Of a stretch of DNA of 64,000 bases, positions 9,807-21,053 are shown piece after piece; the stretch's first letter is position 1, and each line of letters begins with the position of its first letter. A program made the position numbers and the translations under genes. The notes beneath the pieces were generated by a model. That model saw only the letters and a program-made list of their open reading frames with translations, was not told the origin of the DNA and made no database searches. The stretch is from Methanobacteriota archaeon (lineage in GTDB: Archaea; Halobacteriota; Bog-38; Methanoflorentales; Methanoflorentaceae). Location: positions 1 to 64,000 of the forward strand of contig CAVRAO010000011.1 in the NCBI GenBank assembly GCA_963719035.1. Direction: 5' to 3'.

Positions 9807-11816
9807 GTGATTGACCAGAAGTGGTACAGCAGGACATTGCTCACGGAGGCGCTGCGCGCATCGATACGGAAGCTCGACCCACGGCTGCTCATCGCGAACC
9901 CGGTTATGTTCGTTGTCGAAATCGGCTTCTTCTATACGTTTATACTGGCGGTCTCTGCTGCGATATCAGGAAGCGGAATGGCCACGTTCATTGGAGAAAT
10001 TTCAGCAATTCTGCTGATCACCGTGCTCTTCGCAACCTTCTCTGAAGCAATCGCTGAAGGGCGTGGCAAAGCTCAGGCAGAGAGCCTCAAGAAGACAAAA
10101 AAGGAGATCACCGCAAAGAAGGTCGTTGGCGACGAGATCGTCGAGGTGGATGGGCGCTCTCTTGTGAAAGGCGACGTCGTCAAGGTCACGGCTGGCGATA
10201 TGATCCCCAATGACGGCGAGGTCATACAAGGGAGGGGTGCGGTCGACGAATCAGCGATAACAGGCGAGTCGGCACCGGTCATACGAGAGAGCGGGGGGGA
10301 TTTCAGCTCAGTGACCGGTGGCACTACGCTGCTGAGTGATGAACTCGTTATTCGCATTACGGCAAATCCCGGAGAGTCGTTTCTCGACAAAATGATAGCC
10401 TTGGTCGAAGGGGCCTCACGACAAAAAACACCCAACGAAATAGCACTTACGATGGTGCTGGCCGGCCTCACGTGGATATTTCTTCTCGTCATTGTAACAC
10501 TCAATGCGCTCGCAAGCTACTCCGGCGTATTTGTCGATACGACTACGTTGATCGCTCTGCTCGTCTGTCTCATCCCAACGACGATCGGAGGGCTGTTGTC
10601 TGCAATTGGGATCGCAGGAATGGATCGGGTGACACAATTCAACGTCATTGCCAAATCTGGAAAGGCCGTTGAGGCTTCGGGCGACATCAACACACTCATC
10701 CTTGATAAGACAGGCACGATAACGATTGGCAACAGACTAGCGGAAGAGTTCATTCCGCTGGGCGATAAGACCAGCACCGACGTCACGACGGCCGCTTTTC
10801 TCTCCTCTATGCGCGACGAGACGCCCGAAGGTCGGTCAATCGTACGGCTTGCGAAGAAGCTGATGCCTGATCTCGCAGAGCCGCCGGTGAAAGACGTGAT
10901 CGACTTCTCCGCAGATACGAAGATGAGTGGCGTCGATTTGGCTGACGGCTCAGAGATTCGCAAAGGAGCTATTGACGTCATGGCAGCATACGTCAATTAC
11001 ATTCCTAAAGGATTCAAAGAGATCGTCGACGGCATTTCGCGCAAGGGTGCAACGCCTCTCGTCGTTTCTATGAGTCACGAGCCTATAGGTGTGATACACC
11101 TGAAAGATACCGTCAAACCGGGAATGCGCGATAGGCTATACGAGTTAAAAAGCATGGGAATTAAGACCATGATGGTCACAGGGGATAACCGGCTCACCGC
11201 GGCCACGATAGCCGCAGAGGCGGGTGTCGACGACTACGTTCCTGAGAGTAAGCCTGAAGACAAGATTGGCATCGTCAGTGCAGAGCAGGCAGATGGTAAG
11301 CTTGTTGCTATGACCGGCGACGGCACCAACGACGCCCCCGCTTTAGCGCAAGCCGATGTGGGACTTGCCATGAATAGCGGCACACAGGCTGCAAAAGAAG
11401 CCGCAAATATGGTCGACCTTGACAGCGATCCTGCAAAATTGATCGCCGTCGTCTCGATCGGAAAACAGCTCCTAATGACACGTGGCGCTATCACAACCTT
11501 TAGCATCGTTAACGACGTCGCGAAGTACTTCGCTATTATTCCCGCCGTCTTCGCGGTAGCCATTCCTCAAATAAACAAGCTTAACATCATGGCACTTTCA
11601 TCGCCGAGCAGCGCGATACTTTCTGCGGTGATATTCAACGCAATTATCATTCCTGCGCTTATTCCCCTCGCCATGAGAGGCGTCACATACAAGCCGAGAG
11701 ACGCGTCAGCAATCCTCTTGAGGAACATCGCGATTTACGGTGTCGGGGGCTTGATAGTCCCATTTATTGGGATTAAAGCTATAGACGTAATTTTAACTGG
11801 GCTTCATCTTGTCTAA
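9807..11816 (+). CDS. kdpB: K+-transporting ATPase subunit B
   Basis: [48 protein letters not shown]; frame intact. Confidence 0.97.
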   Translation: MIDQKWYSRTLLTEALRASIRKLDPRLLIANPVMFVVEIGFFYTFILAVSAAISGSGMATFIGEISAILLITVLFATFSEAIAEGRGKAQAESLKKTKKEITAKKVVGDEIVEVDGRSLVKGDVVKVTAGDMIPNDGEVIQGRGAVDESAITGESAPVIRESGGDFSSVTGGTTLLSDELVIRITANPGESFLDKMIALVEGASRQKTPNEIALTMVLAGLTWIFLLVIVTLNALASYSGVFVDTTTLIALLVCLIPTTIGGLLSAIGIAGMDRVTQFNVIAKSGKAVEASGDINTLILDKTGTITIGNRLAEEFIPLGDKTSTDVTTAAFLSSMRDETPEGRSIVRLAKKLMPDLAEPPVKDVIDFSADTKMSGVDLADGSEIRKGAIDVMAAYVNYIPKGFKEIVDGISRKGATPLVVSMSHEPIGVIHLKDTVKPGMRDRLYELKSMGIKTMMVTGDNRLTAATIAAEAGVDDYVPESKPEDKIGIVSAEQADGKLVAMTGDGTNDAPALAQADVGLAMNSGTQAAKEAANMVDLDSDPAKLIAVVSIGKQLLMTRGAITTFSIVNDVAKYFAIIPAVFAVAIPQINKLNIMALSSPSSAILSAVIFNAIIIPALIPLAMRGVTYKPRDASAILLRNIAIYGVGGLIVPFIGIKAIDVILTGLHLV

Positions 11817-11952
11817 ATGTTGCGACCCATCTTTTGATTTAGCACCTGAACGATCGTTTGCGTGAAACAGGAATTTCTGTCGGAGAGTTGCATTAGGCAC
11901 GAGTTGCATCGTTTGAACGCAAGAAACTAAATTACTTAAGGAGGAGTAAGAA

Positions 11953-12519
11953 TTGAAAATCGAGCTAGGCGCGTTAAATTGTCTTTACCCTATGCCAACG
12001 ACACTCGTCGGGGCTATGGTAGAAGAGAAGCCGAACTTCATCACGATCGCGCACGTCGGCATCATGGACCCTGGAAGCCTCTCTTTAGGCATGTCGAAGG
12101 CCCATTATACCAACGCTGGAATCAAGGAGTATGGGACGTTCAGCGTAAACCTGCCGTCTGCAGAGATGGTGCAGGAAACCGATTATTGCGGACTCGTATC
12201 GGGCAGACGCGTTGACAAGACAAAGCTTTTTAGCGTGTTCTATGGCACACTGAAGACGGCTCCGATGATTGCTGAGTGTCCGATAAGCATGGAGTGTAAG
12301 CTTACGAAGGTGGTCGATTTCCCAAAGCATGATATCTTTATAGGTGAAATTGTGGCCACTTATGCTGAAGAAGCCGTGCTTACCGATGGTGTAGTGGATT
12401 ACAGCAAAGTGCAGCCGTTTTTTTTCACCATGACCGACAACGGTTACTGGAGACTAGGCGAGCGATTTGCACAAGCGTGGAGCGTTGGAAAAGTAATGGA
12501 AAAGAAACAAAAAACCTGA
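11953..12519 (+). CDS. Flavin reductase-like / flavoredoxin family protein
   Basis: LYPMPTTLVG, FSVNLPS, DYCGLVSG, APMIAECP, HDIFIGEI; GGAGG RBS. Confidence 0.85.
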   Translation: MKIELGALNCLYPMPTTLVGAMVEEKPNFITIAHVGIMDPGSLSLGMSKAHYTNAGIKEYGTFSVNLPSAEMVQETDYCGLVSGRRVDKTKLFSVFYGTLKTAPMIAECPISMECKLTKVVDFPKHDIFIGEIVATYAEEAVLTDGVVDYSKVQPFFFTMTDNGYWRLGERFAQAWSVGKVMEKKQKT

Positions 12520-12650
12520 CCAGTGCGCAGCAATACGATTATTGTGAACATGCGCACAACGCTTCCTCTCAACAACTAAACAACCTGCTCACTGCAGGTT
12601 AACCTGCCGATACTGGTAAAACTGATAAGCGCGAAGCTTGTGAAATAACG

Positions 12651-13079
12651 ATGAAAACTAAATACGCAATTCTGCCAATTATCGCAGTGATTTTCCTAAC
12701 CACCTGTGTATCGGGCTGCTCATCTCTTAACCCCTTGAGTGGAGGAGATAACAATACGAGTGGTGTTCCCGTATTTGAGCCCTCGGTGAAAACGGCAACG
12801 GTCAATACAAGTCAAGGTAGAGTGACGACGTACCAAACAACAAGCTCTTCGACACAGGTAGCTGATTTTTACAGGACAGAGATGGCAATCAGAGGGTATC
12901 AAGCTTCGGCCTCCTACCAACCACGCGTCAGCAGCGACGGATCTGACGTCGTGCTCAGTTTTGTAAAGGGAACAAGCAAAGTGCACGTTGCTATTGCTAC
13001 GATCAGCGCGCAAATTGGCCCTCTGAACTTATCTCAAGCTGGAGGAACGACGTTTGTAATAACAGAGCAGAGCACTTAA
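12651..13079 (+). CDS. Putative lipoprotein, function unknown
   Basis: Signal peptide with archaeal lipobox VSGC; QVADFY motif. Confidence 0.65.
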   Translation: MKTKYAILPIIAVIFLTTCVSGCSSLNPLSGGDNNTSGVPVFEPSVKTATVNTSQGRVTTYQTTSSSTQVADFYRTEMAIRGYQASASYQPRVSSDGSDVVLSFVKGTSKVHVAIATISAQIGPLNLSQAGGTTFVITEQST

Positions 13080-13174
13080 GCTCCCGAAGATTCGTCAACG
13101 TTTTAGATAGTCACATTCGTACGCAAACGTATTGTGTTCGCCTGCCACTGAGACATAAGATGAGGTAAATAACA

Positions 13175-14524
13175 ATGGTCAAGAAGCTCGCCGTTCTTCT
13201 TCTGGTGCTTCTAGTTGGATCCTCTGCCGTTTTTCTTCCCGTAGCGTCCGCGACTATACCGACGATCACAGCAACAGCTCCGGCGGCTTCCAATGTGACA
13301 CTTACCCCACAACTCGACTACCGCGTGTCACTTGCTCCTGACCAAATCTCAAACGATACGATAGGGTATTTTAAGGCCCATGGCTTTACCACAGTCGTGC
13401 TTGTGGCCGCTGAAGCGATCCCGTACGACAAAGAGCTGCAGAAAATAAAGCAACTGGGGATGTACCCCATTTTGGATATTGAAGTAGTCATTTGGAATGG
13501 CGGAAATAACAAGTCGACGCCAATAACAGAGTTCGACGAGGTGTTTGCCACTTGGAAAGAGGCTGGTTGGTGGAACGTTGCTACGGAAGGAGGGCGAAGC
13601 GGCGATTTTGAAAAACTTAAGGACTACTTCCCTGAGATTACTTTTTTTAACTGCGATAAATGTGGCCTCTGGAAAGAGGGCCACAGAAACCCGTATGTGA
13701 CAGAAATGTCGTGGGAGACGTATTATCCCTCTGAGATTGCTAGCATACAGCGTGGGGCCTTGATCTCGTACAACCTCGGAAAGCCTCAGGGCATAACGGC
13801 CGGCGTTTGGACTACCAACAATGAAAACCTCAATTATGACACATACAAAGCGCTTCTCGACTGGAGTTATGCTAATGATGTAGGTTTTACTCACTTCAAC
13901 GTATTCTTCGGATTGGGAGCGACGCTTGCCGACTATCAACGGCTTGGTTTTGAGACCATCATTTCAAAACTGCAAGCGGATTATCCGCCGAAACCGGTGG
14001 GAAAGTGGCCGGTCACTGTAAGATCCGTTCGTCAGGTGCCAACTCCTCAAAACTCTCTCGTATGGGATGTTGCCAACCTTGGAAACGAACAGGTTTGGGT
14101 AGCGCCTTATGCAGTGCTGCGTAACGGAACTGCTGCGCTGCCAGGCCACCTCACTGGCCAAGCGATTCTGAGTCAAGCAACGAACAACAATTCGTCGAAT
14201 GATGTTTTACGGGACGAGGACAGTTATGGCTGGATTCTCCTTAGAGCGGGCGAATGGGCAAGCATCCTATCTCCACCGACGATTCCGCCCGACACCGAAG
14301 GGGCGACATATAATGCATACGTGTATTACAATAATTCCTCTCATGGATGGCTTTTTGCCCAGCCATTGTATACGACTATCGGAGCCAAGCCCGTCCCGGC
14401 AAGCTTCTTCGGGCTGTTTGACTATACCTACGCGGACGTGGCAGGGGGCTTATTACTCGTATTGATCGCAATACTCGTCGCTGCATCTCTGCTTCGACTG
14501 AGACGGACGCGGGAAAAACAATGA
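13175..14524 (+). CDS. Secreted, C-terminally membrane-anchored protein of unknown function
   Basis: GAGGT RBS, signal peptide, long globular region, C-terminal TM followed by a basic tail. Confidence 0.7.
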   Translation: MVKKLAVLLLVLLVGSSAVFLPVASATIPTITATAPAASNVTLTPQLDYRVSLAPDQISNDTIGYFKAHGFTTVVLVAAEAIPYDKELQKIKQLGMYPILDIEVVIWNGGNNKSTPITEFDEVFATWKEAGWWNVATEGGRSGDFEKLKDYFPEITFFNCDKCGLWKEGHRNPYVTEMSWETYYPSEIASIQRGALISYNLGKPQGITAGVWTTNNENLNYDTYKALLDWSYANDVGFTHFNVFFGLGATLADYQRLGFETIISKLQADYPPKPVGKWPVTVRSVRQVPTPQNSLVWDVANLGNEQVWVAPYAVLRNGTAALPGHLTGQAILSQATNNNSSNDVLRDEDSYGWILLRAGEWASILSPPTIPPDTEGATYNAYVYYNNSSHGWLFAQPLYTTIGAKPVPASFFGLFDYTYADVAGGLLLVLIAILVAASLLRLRRTREKQ

Positions 14525-14540
14525 ACAGCTTACTGGGCCC

Positions 14541-15251
14541 TTAATCCCCAATGATGGGTTTTAGGTGCTCTCTTATTTCGTTAATCTCTTCTTCGGACGC
14601 GTTTTTAGCCTCGAAAATGGCGCTTAATGTCTCGAGCGCGTCCCTTTGAACCACCCAATTATCTACCGTCCTGTATCGTGTCGTCATCAACGTCGTCCGG
14701 ATCCCCTCATATGCTCGGGCTAAGTAGTTCTCTCGAAAGAAGGCAATATCAAGATCGCTTGTCCCACTTCCAGCTATGATAACCATTGTTTTATCACCAT
14801 AACAGTGACTTATGTCACGTAAAAGGACGCAGCCAGAAGGAGTCGGCAGGAGCAACACGTTGCCTAAACGCTTTTGGTAGTACTCCTGAAGTTGGATGAG
14901 ATGTCTTTCTAGCGCAAGTAACTCCGTTTTTTCGTCCGATTCAGCGATAATCACAAAATCTGCTGGAAAACCGATCTTCTTCCAATCGATTTGAACGGTG
15001 TATCTCGTAAGCACCCCTCTCTTCGCAAGAAGTTTTACGTGATATGCAGCTGCATTGCCGTCATTGAGGCCGATACGTTCGGCAAGTTCAACGTTCGACG
15101 TCTTGCCGTTCCCAAGAAGCGAGAGCAAGATTATGAGTTCCTTTTTGTCAAGGGCGATTTTCTTCGTGAATGCCTCAGCAAGTTTCAGGTTTTGTTCGTC
15201 TTGCAGTCTCCGATCGTTTTTCTCAAACGCCCTGTTTCCCTTGTTATGCAT
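14541..15251 (-). CDS. Lrp/AsnC-like wHTH transcriptional regulator
   Basis: LDKKELIIL..NGKTSNVELAERIGL...KLLAKRGVL..YTVQIDWKKIG matches the AsnC N-terminus; extended C-domain. Confidence 0.7.
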   Translation of the reverse strand: MHNKGNRAFEKNDRRLQDEQNLKLAEAFTKKIALDKKELIILLSLLGNGKTSNVELAERIGLNDGNAAAYHVKLLAKRGVLTRYTVQIDWKKIGFPADFVIIAESDEKTELLALERHLIQLQEYYQKRLGNVLLLPTPSGCVLLRDISHCYGDKTMVIIAGSGTSDLDIAFFRENYLARAYEGIRTTLMTTRYRTVDNWVVQRDALETLSAIFEAKNASEEEINEIREHLKPIIGD

Positions 15252-15451
15252 ATTTCTCTTCCATAAACCCGCATAGAAGGCGTGCCGCCAGTACTCCGCA
15301 TAACGAGCGATCTTTATACATAGCTTTCGTTGTTTGCGGTCTTACAATTAAATAAACGAACGTAAAGATGGGTAGAGGTTTCACGAAAAGACTTGCCTTT
15401 AGTTATCAACGCGCCAACGTGCTTAACTAGAGATAACACAATCTTTTAGCG

Positions 15452-16270
15452 ATGCTCACAAAGCGTATTATCCCATGTCTTGACGTAAAATACGGCGATG
15501 GCGAAAGGGCGCTAGTCGTCAAAGGAGTTGAATTCGTTTCGCTTAGAGAGGCTGGAGATCCGGTAGAGCTCGCTAAGCGATATGATCAAGAAGGAGCCGA
15601 CGAATTGGTCTTCCTCGACATCACCGCTTCACATGAGCAGCGGAAGACGATGCTCGATATCGTTAAGGATACAGCTGATCAAGTATTCATCCCATTTTGT
15701 GTCGGTGGCGGCGTGCGGACACTCGATGATGTCATCCAGACATTACGGTCTGGCGCGGACAAGATAGCGGTAAACACTGCTGCCGTCAAGAACCCACAGT
15801 TCATAAAGGCCGCAGCTGAAGCGGTTGGTTCGCAGTGCATTGTTTTAGCCATAGATTGCAAGCGCAATACAGATGCCGAAAAAGGACAGCACATTGTTCC
15901 TCTTGAAGACGGGACGCCCGCGTGGTATGAGGTTGTGATTTATGGTGGGAGAACTCCGACCGGCATCGACGCGATTGAATGGGCGATAAAAGGTGAGCAG
16001 CTCGGCGCAGGTGAAATCCTGCTTACGAGCATGAATAGAGATGGCACAAAAGATGGCTACGACATCCCCGTCACTAAGGCGATATCAGAGGCTATCGACT
16101 TGCCGATTATTGCATCTGGCGGTGCCGGAACTGCTGCGCATATCTATGATGGTTTTGTCGATGGAAAAGCAGATGCATGTCTTGCAGCAAGCATCTTTCA
16201 TTTTAGGGAGATCTCCATAGCTTCTTTGAAACAGTACTTACAGGGGCGCGGCATTCAAGTTCGCATTTAA
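15452..16270 (+). CDS. hisF: Imidazole glycerol phosphate synthase cyclase subunit
   Basis: [47 protein letters not shown]. Confidence 0.97.
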   Translation: MLTKRIIPCLDVKYGDGERALVVKGVEFVSLREAGDPVELAKRYDQEGADELVFLDITASHEQRKTMLDIVKDTADQVFIPFCVGGGVRTLDDVIQTLRSGADKIAVNTAAVKNPQFIKAAAEAVGSQCIVLAIDCKRNTDAEKGQHIVPLEDGTPAWYEVVIYGGRTPTGIDAIEWAIKGEQLGAGEILLTSMNRDGTKDGYDIPVTKAISEAIDLPIIASGGAGTAAHIYDGFVDGKADACLAASIFHFREISIASLKQYLQGRGIQVRI

Positions 16271-16303
16271 ACGTGACGATCCGAAGGTAAAAAAGGTGAT
16301 CTC

Positions 16304-16807
16304 TCACTTCGCCCGTTGCTGCTTTTCGCCTCGCAGATAACGCTGCGCGAGTGCGGTGTAACTCTTTGCGTTTGCCTCTATTGACCTCAGCTGCTCAGCG
16401 CTCACCTGCCTAACAACTTTTCCCGGAACGCCTAAGACAAGGCTCCGATCTGGTATTTCGGTGCCTTCAGTCACCACAGCACCCGCCCCAATAAGGGACT
16501 CCGTCCCTACTTTTGCACCATCTAGCACGATTGCGCCGATCCCAATTAAAACGGTATCTTCGACCTGAGCTCCGTGAACGATTGCCCCATGTCCAATTGT
16601 AACCTGATCTCCGATCACGGTCTCAACTCCTTCACTCACGTGAATGATCGCGTTGTCCTGCACGCTTGTATTCCGACCGATTTGGATCAGGGCCATATCA
16701 CTTCTTAAAACCGCGCCGAACCAGACACTTGAGCCCGGGGCAATCTTTACATTTCCGATGACCGTCGCAGTCGGCGCAATGAACACACCATCAAAATTGC
16801 TTTTCAT
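16304..16807 (-). CDS. Gamma carbonic anhydrase family (hexapeptide-repeat) protein
   Basis: VIGNVKI..SSVWFGAVLR.D, TSVQDNAIIH, TIGHGAIVHG. Confidence 0.9.
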   Translation of the reverse strand: MKSNFDGVFIAPTATVIGNVKIAPGSSVWFGAVLRSDMALIQIGRNTSVQDNAIIHVSEGVETVIGDQVTIGHGAIVHGAQVEDTVLIGIGAIVLDGAKVGTESLIGAGAVVTEGTEIPDRSLVLGVPGKVVRQVSAEQLRSIEANAKSYTALAQRYLRGEKQQRAK

Positions 16808-16921
16808 CTGTTCCCCTTCAGTGTTCTTGGGTACCGGTCAATATGCATCTTAACGTTCAAAAAGGCAACTCGTACCCTATTACCATTTATTAAATACCTG
16901 CCAACCCTATGACAGAGAGTC

Positions 16922-17365
16922 ATGGTTTGCGTCGCGATCGGTGGGACATTTGACGTACTTCACGACGGCCACAAAGCGCTACTGAAAAGGGCCTATATGT
17001 TGGGCGACGTGATTATTGGGCTTGTTTCTGACGAGATGGCGGGGGGAAAACTCCACGTGGTCAACGCTTACAACAGCCGCAAAAAATCATTAATCGCGTA
17101 CATAAAGACGCTTACAGGAAACGACCCACTGATCGTAGCGCTGATCGATCCTTATGGACCGACTCTCGAACAGATGTTCGATTATATCGTCGTCTCGCCC
17201 GAGACTCTTCCCACAGCAAAGGAAATTAACACGCTCAGATCGCAGCACGGACTCCCTGCGATAAAGATCGTGTGTGTCGATTTCGTCCTCGCACAAGATG
17301 GAAAACCGATATCGTCAACCCGAATTCACCTTGGTGAAATCGATGAGCACGGGGTGCTTCTATGA
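16922..17365 (+). CDS. coaD: Archaeal phosphopantetheine adenylyltransferase
   Basis: GGTFDVLHDGH, DPYGPT, IVVSPET, ISSTRI..GEID. Confidence 0.9.
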   Translation: MVCVAIGGTFDVLHDGHKALLKRAYMLGDVIIGLVSDEMAGGKLHVVNAYNSRKKSLIAYIKTLTGNDPLIVALIDPYGPTLEQMFDYIVVSPETLPTAKEINTLRSQHGLPAIKIVCVDFVLAQDGKPISSTRIHLGEIDEHGVLL

Positions 17366-17883
17366 AAGTTGCTGTCGGTTCGAACAACCCGGTGAAAAAA
17401 CAGGCAGTCTATAACACGTTCTCAAAGGTTTTTGGAAAGGTTGAGGTCGTGATGCGAAGCATCGATTCAGGCGTGCCATCGCAACCGAAAGGTTACGCAG
17501 TTCTAACCGGCGCCCGCCAGCGAGCAGAGCGCGCGCGTGCATCTGTTTCAAGCGCTGACTTTGGCGTCGGTATTGAATCGGGTCTCTGTGACGTTTTTGG
17601 CGTAGAACTCGATGTACAGGTGTGTTCAATCTTTGATGGAGCGCAGCACACGATCGGTACCTCCCCCGGATTCACCTATCCGGCCAGCGTGCTCGATAAA
17701 ATTGCAGCAGGGGGAGAAGTCGGCCAAATCATGGAACAGCTGTCCGGGATAAAGCGCATAGGACAAAAGGGTGGTGCAGTCGGCTATTTCTCAAGGGGAC
17801 TGGTCGATAGGACACACTTCACAGAGCTCTGCGTTATTATGGCGCTCATCCCTAGAATGAATAACGAGCTCTATGGGTTATAA
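17362..17883 (+). CDS. yjjX: Inosine/xanthosine triphosphatase
   Basis: VGSNNPVK, SGVPSQP, GARQRA, GVGIESG, KGGAVG; ATGA overlap with coaD. Confidence 0.9.
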   Translation: MKVAVGSNNPVKKQAVYNTFSKVFGKVEVVMRSIDSGVPSQPKGYAVLTGARQRAERARASVSSADFGVGIESGLCDVFGVELDVQVCSIFDGAQHTIGTSPGFTYPASVLDKIAAGGEVGQIMEQLSGIKRIGQKGGAVGYFSRGLVDRTHFTELCVIMALIPRMNNELYGL

Positions 17884-17887
17884 AAGA

Positions 17888-18562
17888 CTAATGGACTATC
17901 CTGGTCCCTACTCTTTTGCCCGCGATAACATCAAGCAAAATTCGAGGCTCACGTCCGTCGACGACGACCGCTGAAATCTTAGAGCGTTCGATAATCTTCG
18001 CAGCAAGCGGGTCGATTACGGTCTTTACCCCGGCCTTCATCTCATCAGACATGACTATCTTGACGAGCTCGTCAGTTGTGACTTCATCCAGTTTCTTTGC
18101 ATCCTTGTTAATATTGGGATCAGCAGTATAAACGCCATCAACTGATGTAGCTATTACAAGAAGATCGGTCTGGACATATTCAGAGAGTATCGCTGATACG
18201 GCATCTGTTGTCTGTCCGGGAGCTACGCCTCCCATCACTACAACTTTGCGTGCGGACATCGCCGTTTCCGCTTCCCTATAATCATGCGGGATATCCTGAA
18301 ATGCCGCACTCGATAATGCCGATATTAGCAGCCGGGCATTGACGCGCGAAAGGGCAATCCCGATAAGGTCGCATACCGCTTCGCTCGCCCCCAGAGAGCG
18401 GGCAGTGCGAATGTAATCCCGCGCCGCCTTTCCCCCTCCGGTCACAACAAGTACGGTGTTTTCTTTGGTCAGCTCCTTGATCACGTTCGCGTACTCCACA
18501 AATTTTTCCTGCGAGAGCGTTGGAGCTATGACTGACCCGCCGACGGAAACTACTACTTTCAT
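17888..18562 (-). CDS. pyrH: Archaeal UMP kinase
   Basis: VVSVGGSV, GGGKAARDYI, PGQTTDAV, VDGVYTADP. Confidence 0.95.
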   Translation of the reverse strand: MKVVVSVGGSVIAPTLSQEKFVEYANVIKELTKENTVLVVTGGGKAARDYIRTARSLGASEAVCDLIGIALSRVNARLLISALSSAAFQDIPHDYREAETAMSARKVVVMGGVAPGQTTDAVSAILSEYVQTDLLVIATSVDGVYTADPNINKDAKKLDEVTTDELVKIVMSDEMKAGVKTVIDPLAAKIIERSKISAVVVDGREPRILLDVIAGKRVGTRIVH

Positions 18563-18691
18563 CAGTTTATCAATACTAAAAAAGGTTATAAGTTTATTCC
18601 CTTCTGCTAAGAAGCCCCCCTCGTGCTCTTACAAATCAGCGATTCGGGTGTAGGACAGCGAGTTTTCGTGCGCGAGGTGCATCCAATTCTG

Positions 18692-19300
18692 CTAGCTATA
18701 ACGCTCTTCCAGCCACGGATCGCCCCGGTTGTGATAGCCGTACGATTCCCAAAATCCACGTCTGTCCTTAGCCATAAACTCGATGCCGGTCACCCATTTA
18801 GCGCTCTTCCAGAAATAGAGGCGCGGAACGACAAGTCGGACGGGGTAACCATGTCCAGCGGTAAGGGGCTCCCCATTATGCCCGAGGGCAAAAAGCACGT
18901 CAGGTTGGAGAAAATCATTCAACGATAGGTTGGTTGTAAAGCCCTTTTCAGCGTGAATCAAGACAAACTTGGCTTCAGGTAGCACCGTTGAAAGATCCTT
19001 TATTACTTGGGCGCTTACCCCCTCCCAGTAGTTGTCTAGTTTTGACCACCCCGTGACGCAATGGATGTCGGAAAACACTTTCACTTGGGGAAGCGAGGTG
19101 AATTGTTCGAAATTCAGCTTCTGCTCTGTTTCCACTAATCCAGAGATGGTAAACGACCATTTGGTTATGTCAACTCGAGGGATTACGCCGTAATGCAACA
19201 CTGGCCAATTGTCAGTTTCCTGTTGGCCAGGTGGGATCCTATCGCTTCTGCCTGTGTCCGGGCTTTGAACAACGTTTTTGTCTTTCATTCCACGCTTCAC
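18692..19300 (-). CDS. Sulfite oxidase-like molybdopterin oxidoreductase
   Basis: RIPPGQ, DIHCVTGWS, HGYPVRLVVPRLYFWKSAKW, GFWE..GYH.RGDPW. Confidence 0.9.
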   Translation of the reverse strand: MKRGMKDKNVVQSPDTGRSDRIPPGQQETDNWPVLHYGVIPRVDITKWSFTISGLVETEQKLNFEQFTSLPQVKVFSDIHCVTGWSKLDNYWEGVSAQVIKDLSTVLPEAKFVLIHAEKGFTTNLSLNDFLQPDVLFALGHNGEPLTAGHGYPVRLVVPRLYFWKSAKWVTGIEFMAKDRRGFWESYGYHNRGDPWLEERYS

Positions 19301-19384
19301 TATGCTTTTTCTCGTAATATCAGCGCCTCAACCTCAATTTTTAATGCTGCTGACGATTTTGCGCTAATCGTGGGACTTAAAGCG

Positions 19385-20086
19385 TTATTTTTCTCGTCTT
19401 TTTATTTTCTCTGCTGCGTTATACGCAGCATAACGGACATCAGGATCTTTATCTGAAAGAAGGCGTTCAAGAGGCTCGATTGCGCTTTCGTGGCCAATTT
19501 CTCCAAGGCTTTTTGCTGCCCTTATCTTAATGTCCGGGTCGGTATCGCTTAACATCGAAACGAGTGGATTTATAGAAGGATCACCAATTTTCACTAAAGC
19601 ATCGGATGCCCTCCATCGAACTCCCTTGCTCTCGTCTTTGAGATCCTCGAGGAGCATCTCCACCTCGCTAATCCCGCAAGAGTCACCGAGCCCGCAAATC
19701 TCACCTATCGCCTGGGCGGCTTTTTGACGCACGATTTGATTTTCGTCGTTCATATCCCCAATGAGGGGTTCTAAAGCCTTAGCATCCCCTATCTGCCCCA
19801 GCGCAGCTGCAGCTTCAAGTCGAACGGAGTGCTCTTTATCCTGTAGGGCGTTGATAAGCGAATCTACGGCCTTTGGGTCACCAATCTCCCCGAGCGCTTC
19901 TGCCGCGCACTGTCGAACGAGCATCTCCTTATCGCTGAGAGCTTCTATTAGATGATCTACTGCACTGGTGGCCTTCGCTTTCCCGAGGGCTAAGCACGCC
20001 ATTTTCCGCGTATCGGAATCCGGATGGTGCAAGTCTTCCAGCAGCAATTCTACTTCCTTATCCTCATTAGTTGTTCCTTTGTTCAT
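19385..20086 (-). CDS. HEAT (PBS-lyase-type) repeat protein
   Basis: Repeated VR..AA.ALG.IGD units; ATG 20086 behind GGAGG. Confidence 0.88.
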   Translation of the reverse strand: MNKGTTNEDKEVELLLEDLHHPDSDTRKMACLALGKAKATSAVDHLIEALSDKEMLVRQCAAEALGEIGDPKAVDSLINALQDKEHSVRLEAAAALGQIGDAKALEPLIGDMNDENQIVRQKAAQAIGEICGLGDSCGISEVEMLLEDLKDESKGVRWRASDALVKIGDPSINPLVSMLSDTDPDIKIRAAKSLGEIGHESAIEPLERLLSDKDPDVRYAAYNAAEKIKRREK

Positions 20087-20408
20087 ATCTACGCCTCCCT
20101 CGTCTCCAAACTCGTTACCGTTAACGACAGACACTTTCGTATGAAAGGCACACTTTAGTTTCTTTTTTTAGTCTTATATAGCTGCTATGCCTCTTCTTCT
20201 CAGTTGCGAGACTCAACCGGTTGCGTTACCAGAAGATATATCACTAAAAGCAGTAACCTAAGCTTTGAAATATGGGGACGCGAGAATAGAGCGCATGCTC
20301 AATGTCATGTTGTGCGGCTTCGCAGGCTAGTTTGCGCGTGATTGCTAAAGACAAACAACGGGGGGCCTAACTGCGCAAGCAGAAGGTTGACACAAAGAGG
20401 AAGGGTAG

Positions 20409-21053
20409 ATGGAAACGAGATTAGCGGTCAGAGACGTTATGACGAGAACTGTTGTGACAGCTCCTCCAGATATGAGCGCTGCAGAAGCCGGAAAAAAGAT
20501 GGTGGAAAACAGAGTTGGGAACATTATAATCATTAAAGAGGGGAGACCTGTCGGCATCGTTACTGAAAGCGATATGGTCGCGAAAGTGATATCTAAAAAC
20601 GTAAAACCAGGTTCCATAAAGCTCGAGCAGCTTATGTCAAAACTACTCATCACAACGAAAAGTAGCGATGACATCAATGACGCAGTACGTATGATGGCTC
20701 AGAAAAAGATACGACGGCTCCCTGTGATCGACGGAGGTGAGCTCGTAGGAATCATTACTGATGCGGATGTTATACAGGCCTCTTCTGAGATTAACCAGAT
20801 TCTTGACAATTTGATTCAAATGAATAGGGAGAATGTCCTTGACCGTCGAGACATTATCGTTACGCAGGGAGAGTGCGAGGAGTGTGAAGAGTTCTCAGAG
20901 GATTTACGGCAAGAAGAGGGGCGCCTTAAGTGTCCGCGGTGTCGTGGATCTACCTCATCCGGCGTTTGCGAGATCTGCGGGGAACTTTCTGACGTGCTCG
21001 AATATGTTGATGGCAGCATCGTATGCGAATCTTGTTGGGAGGCCGTTCGATGA
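20409..21053 (+). CDS. CBS-pair protein with two C-terminal zinc ribbons
   Basis: VGIVTESD and IRRLPV CBS motifs; CEEC..CPRC and CEIC..CESC. Confidence 0.88.
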   Translation: METRLAVRDVMTRTVVTAPPDMSAAEAGKKMVENRVGNIIIIKEGRPVGIVTESDMVAKVISKNVKPGSIKLEQLMSKLLITTKSSDDINDAVRMMAQKKIRRLPVIDGGELVGIITDADVIQASSEINQILDNLIQMNRENVLDRRDIIVTQGECEECEEFSEDLRQEEGRLKCPRCRGSTSSGVCEICGELSDVLEYVDGSIVCESCWEAVR

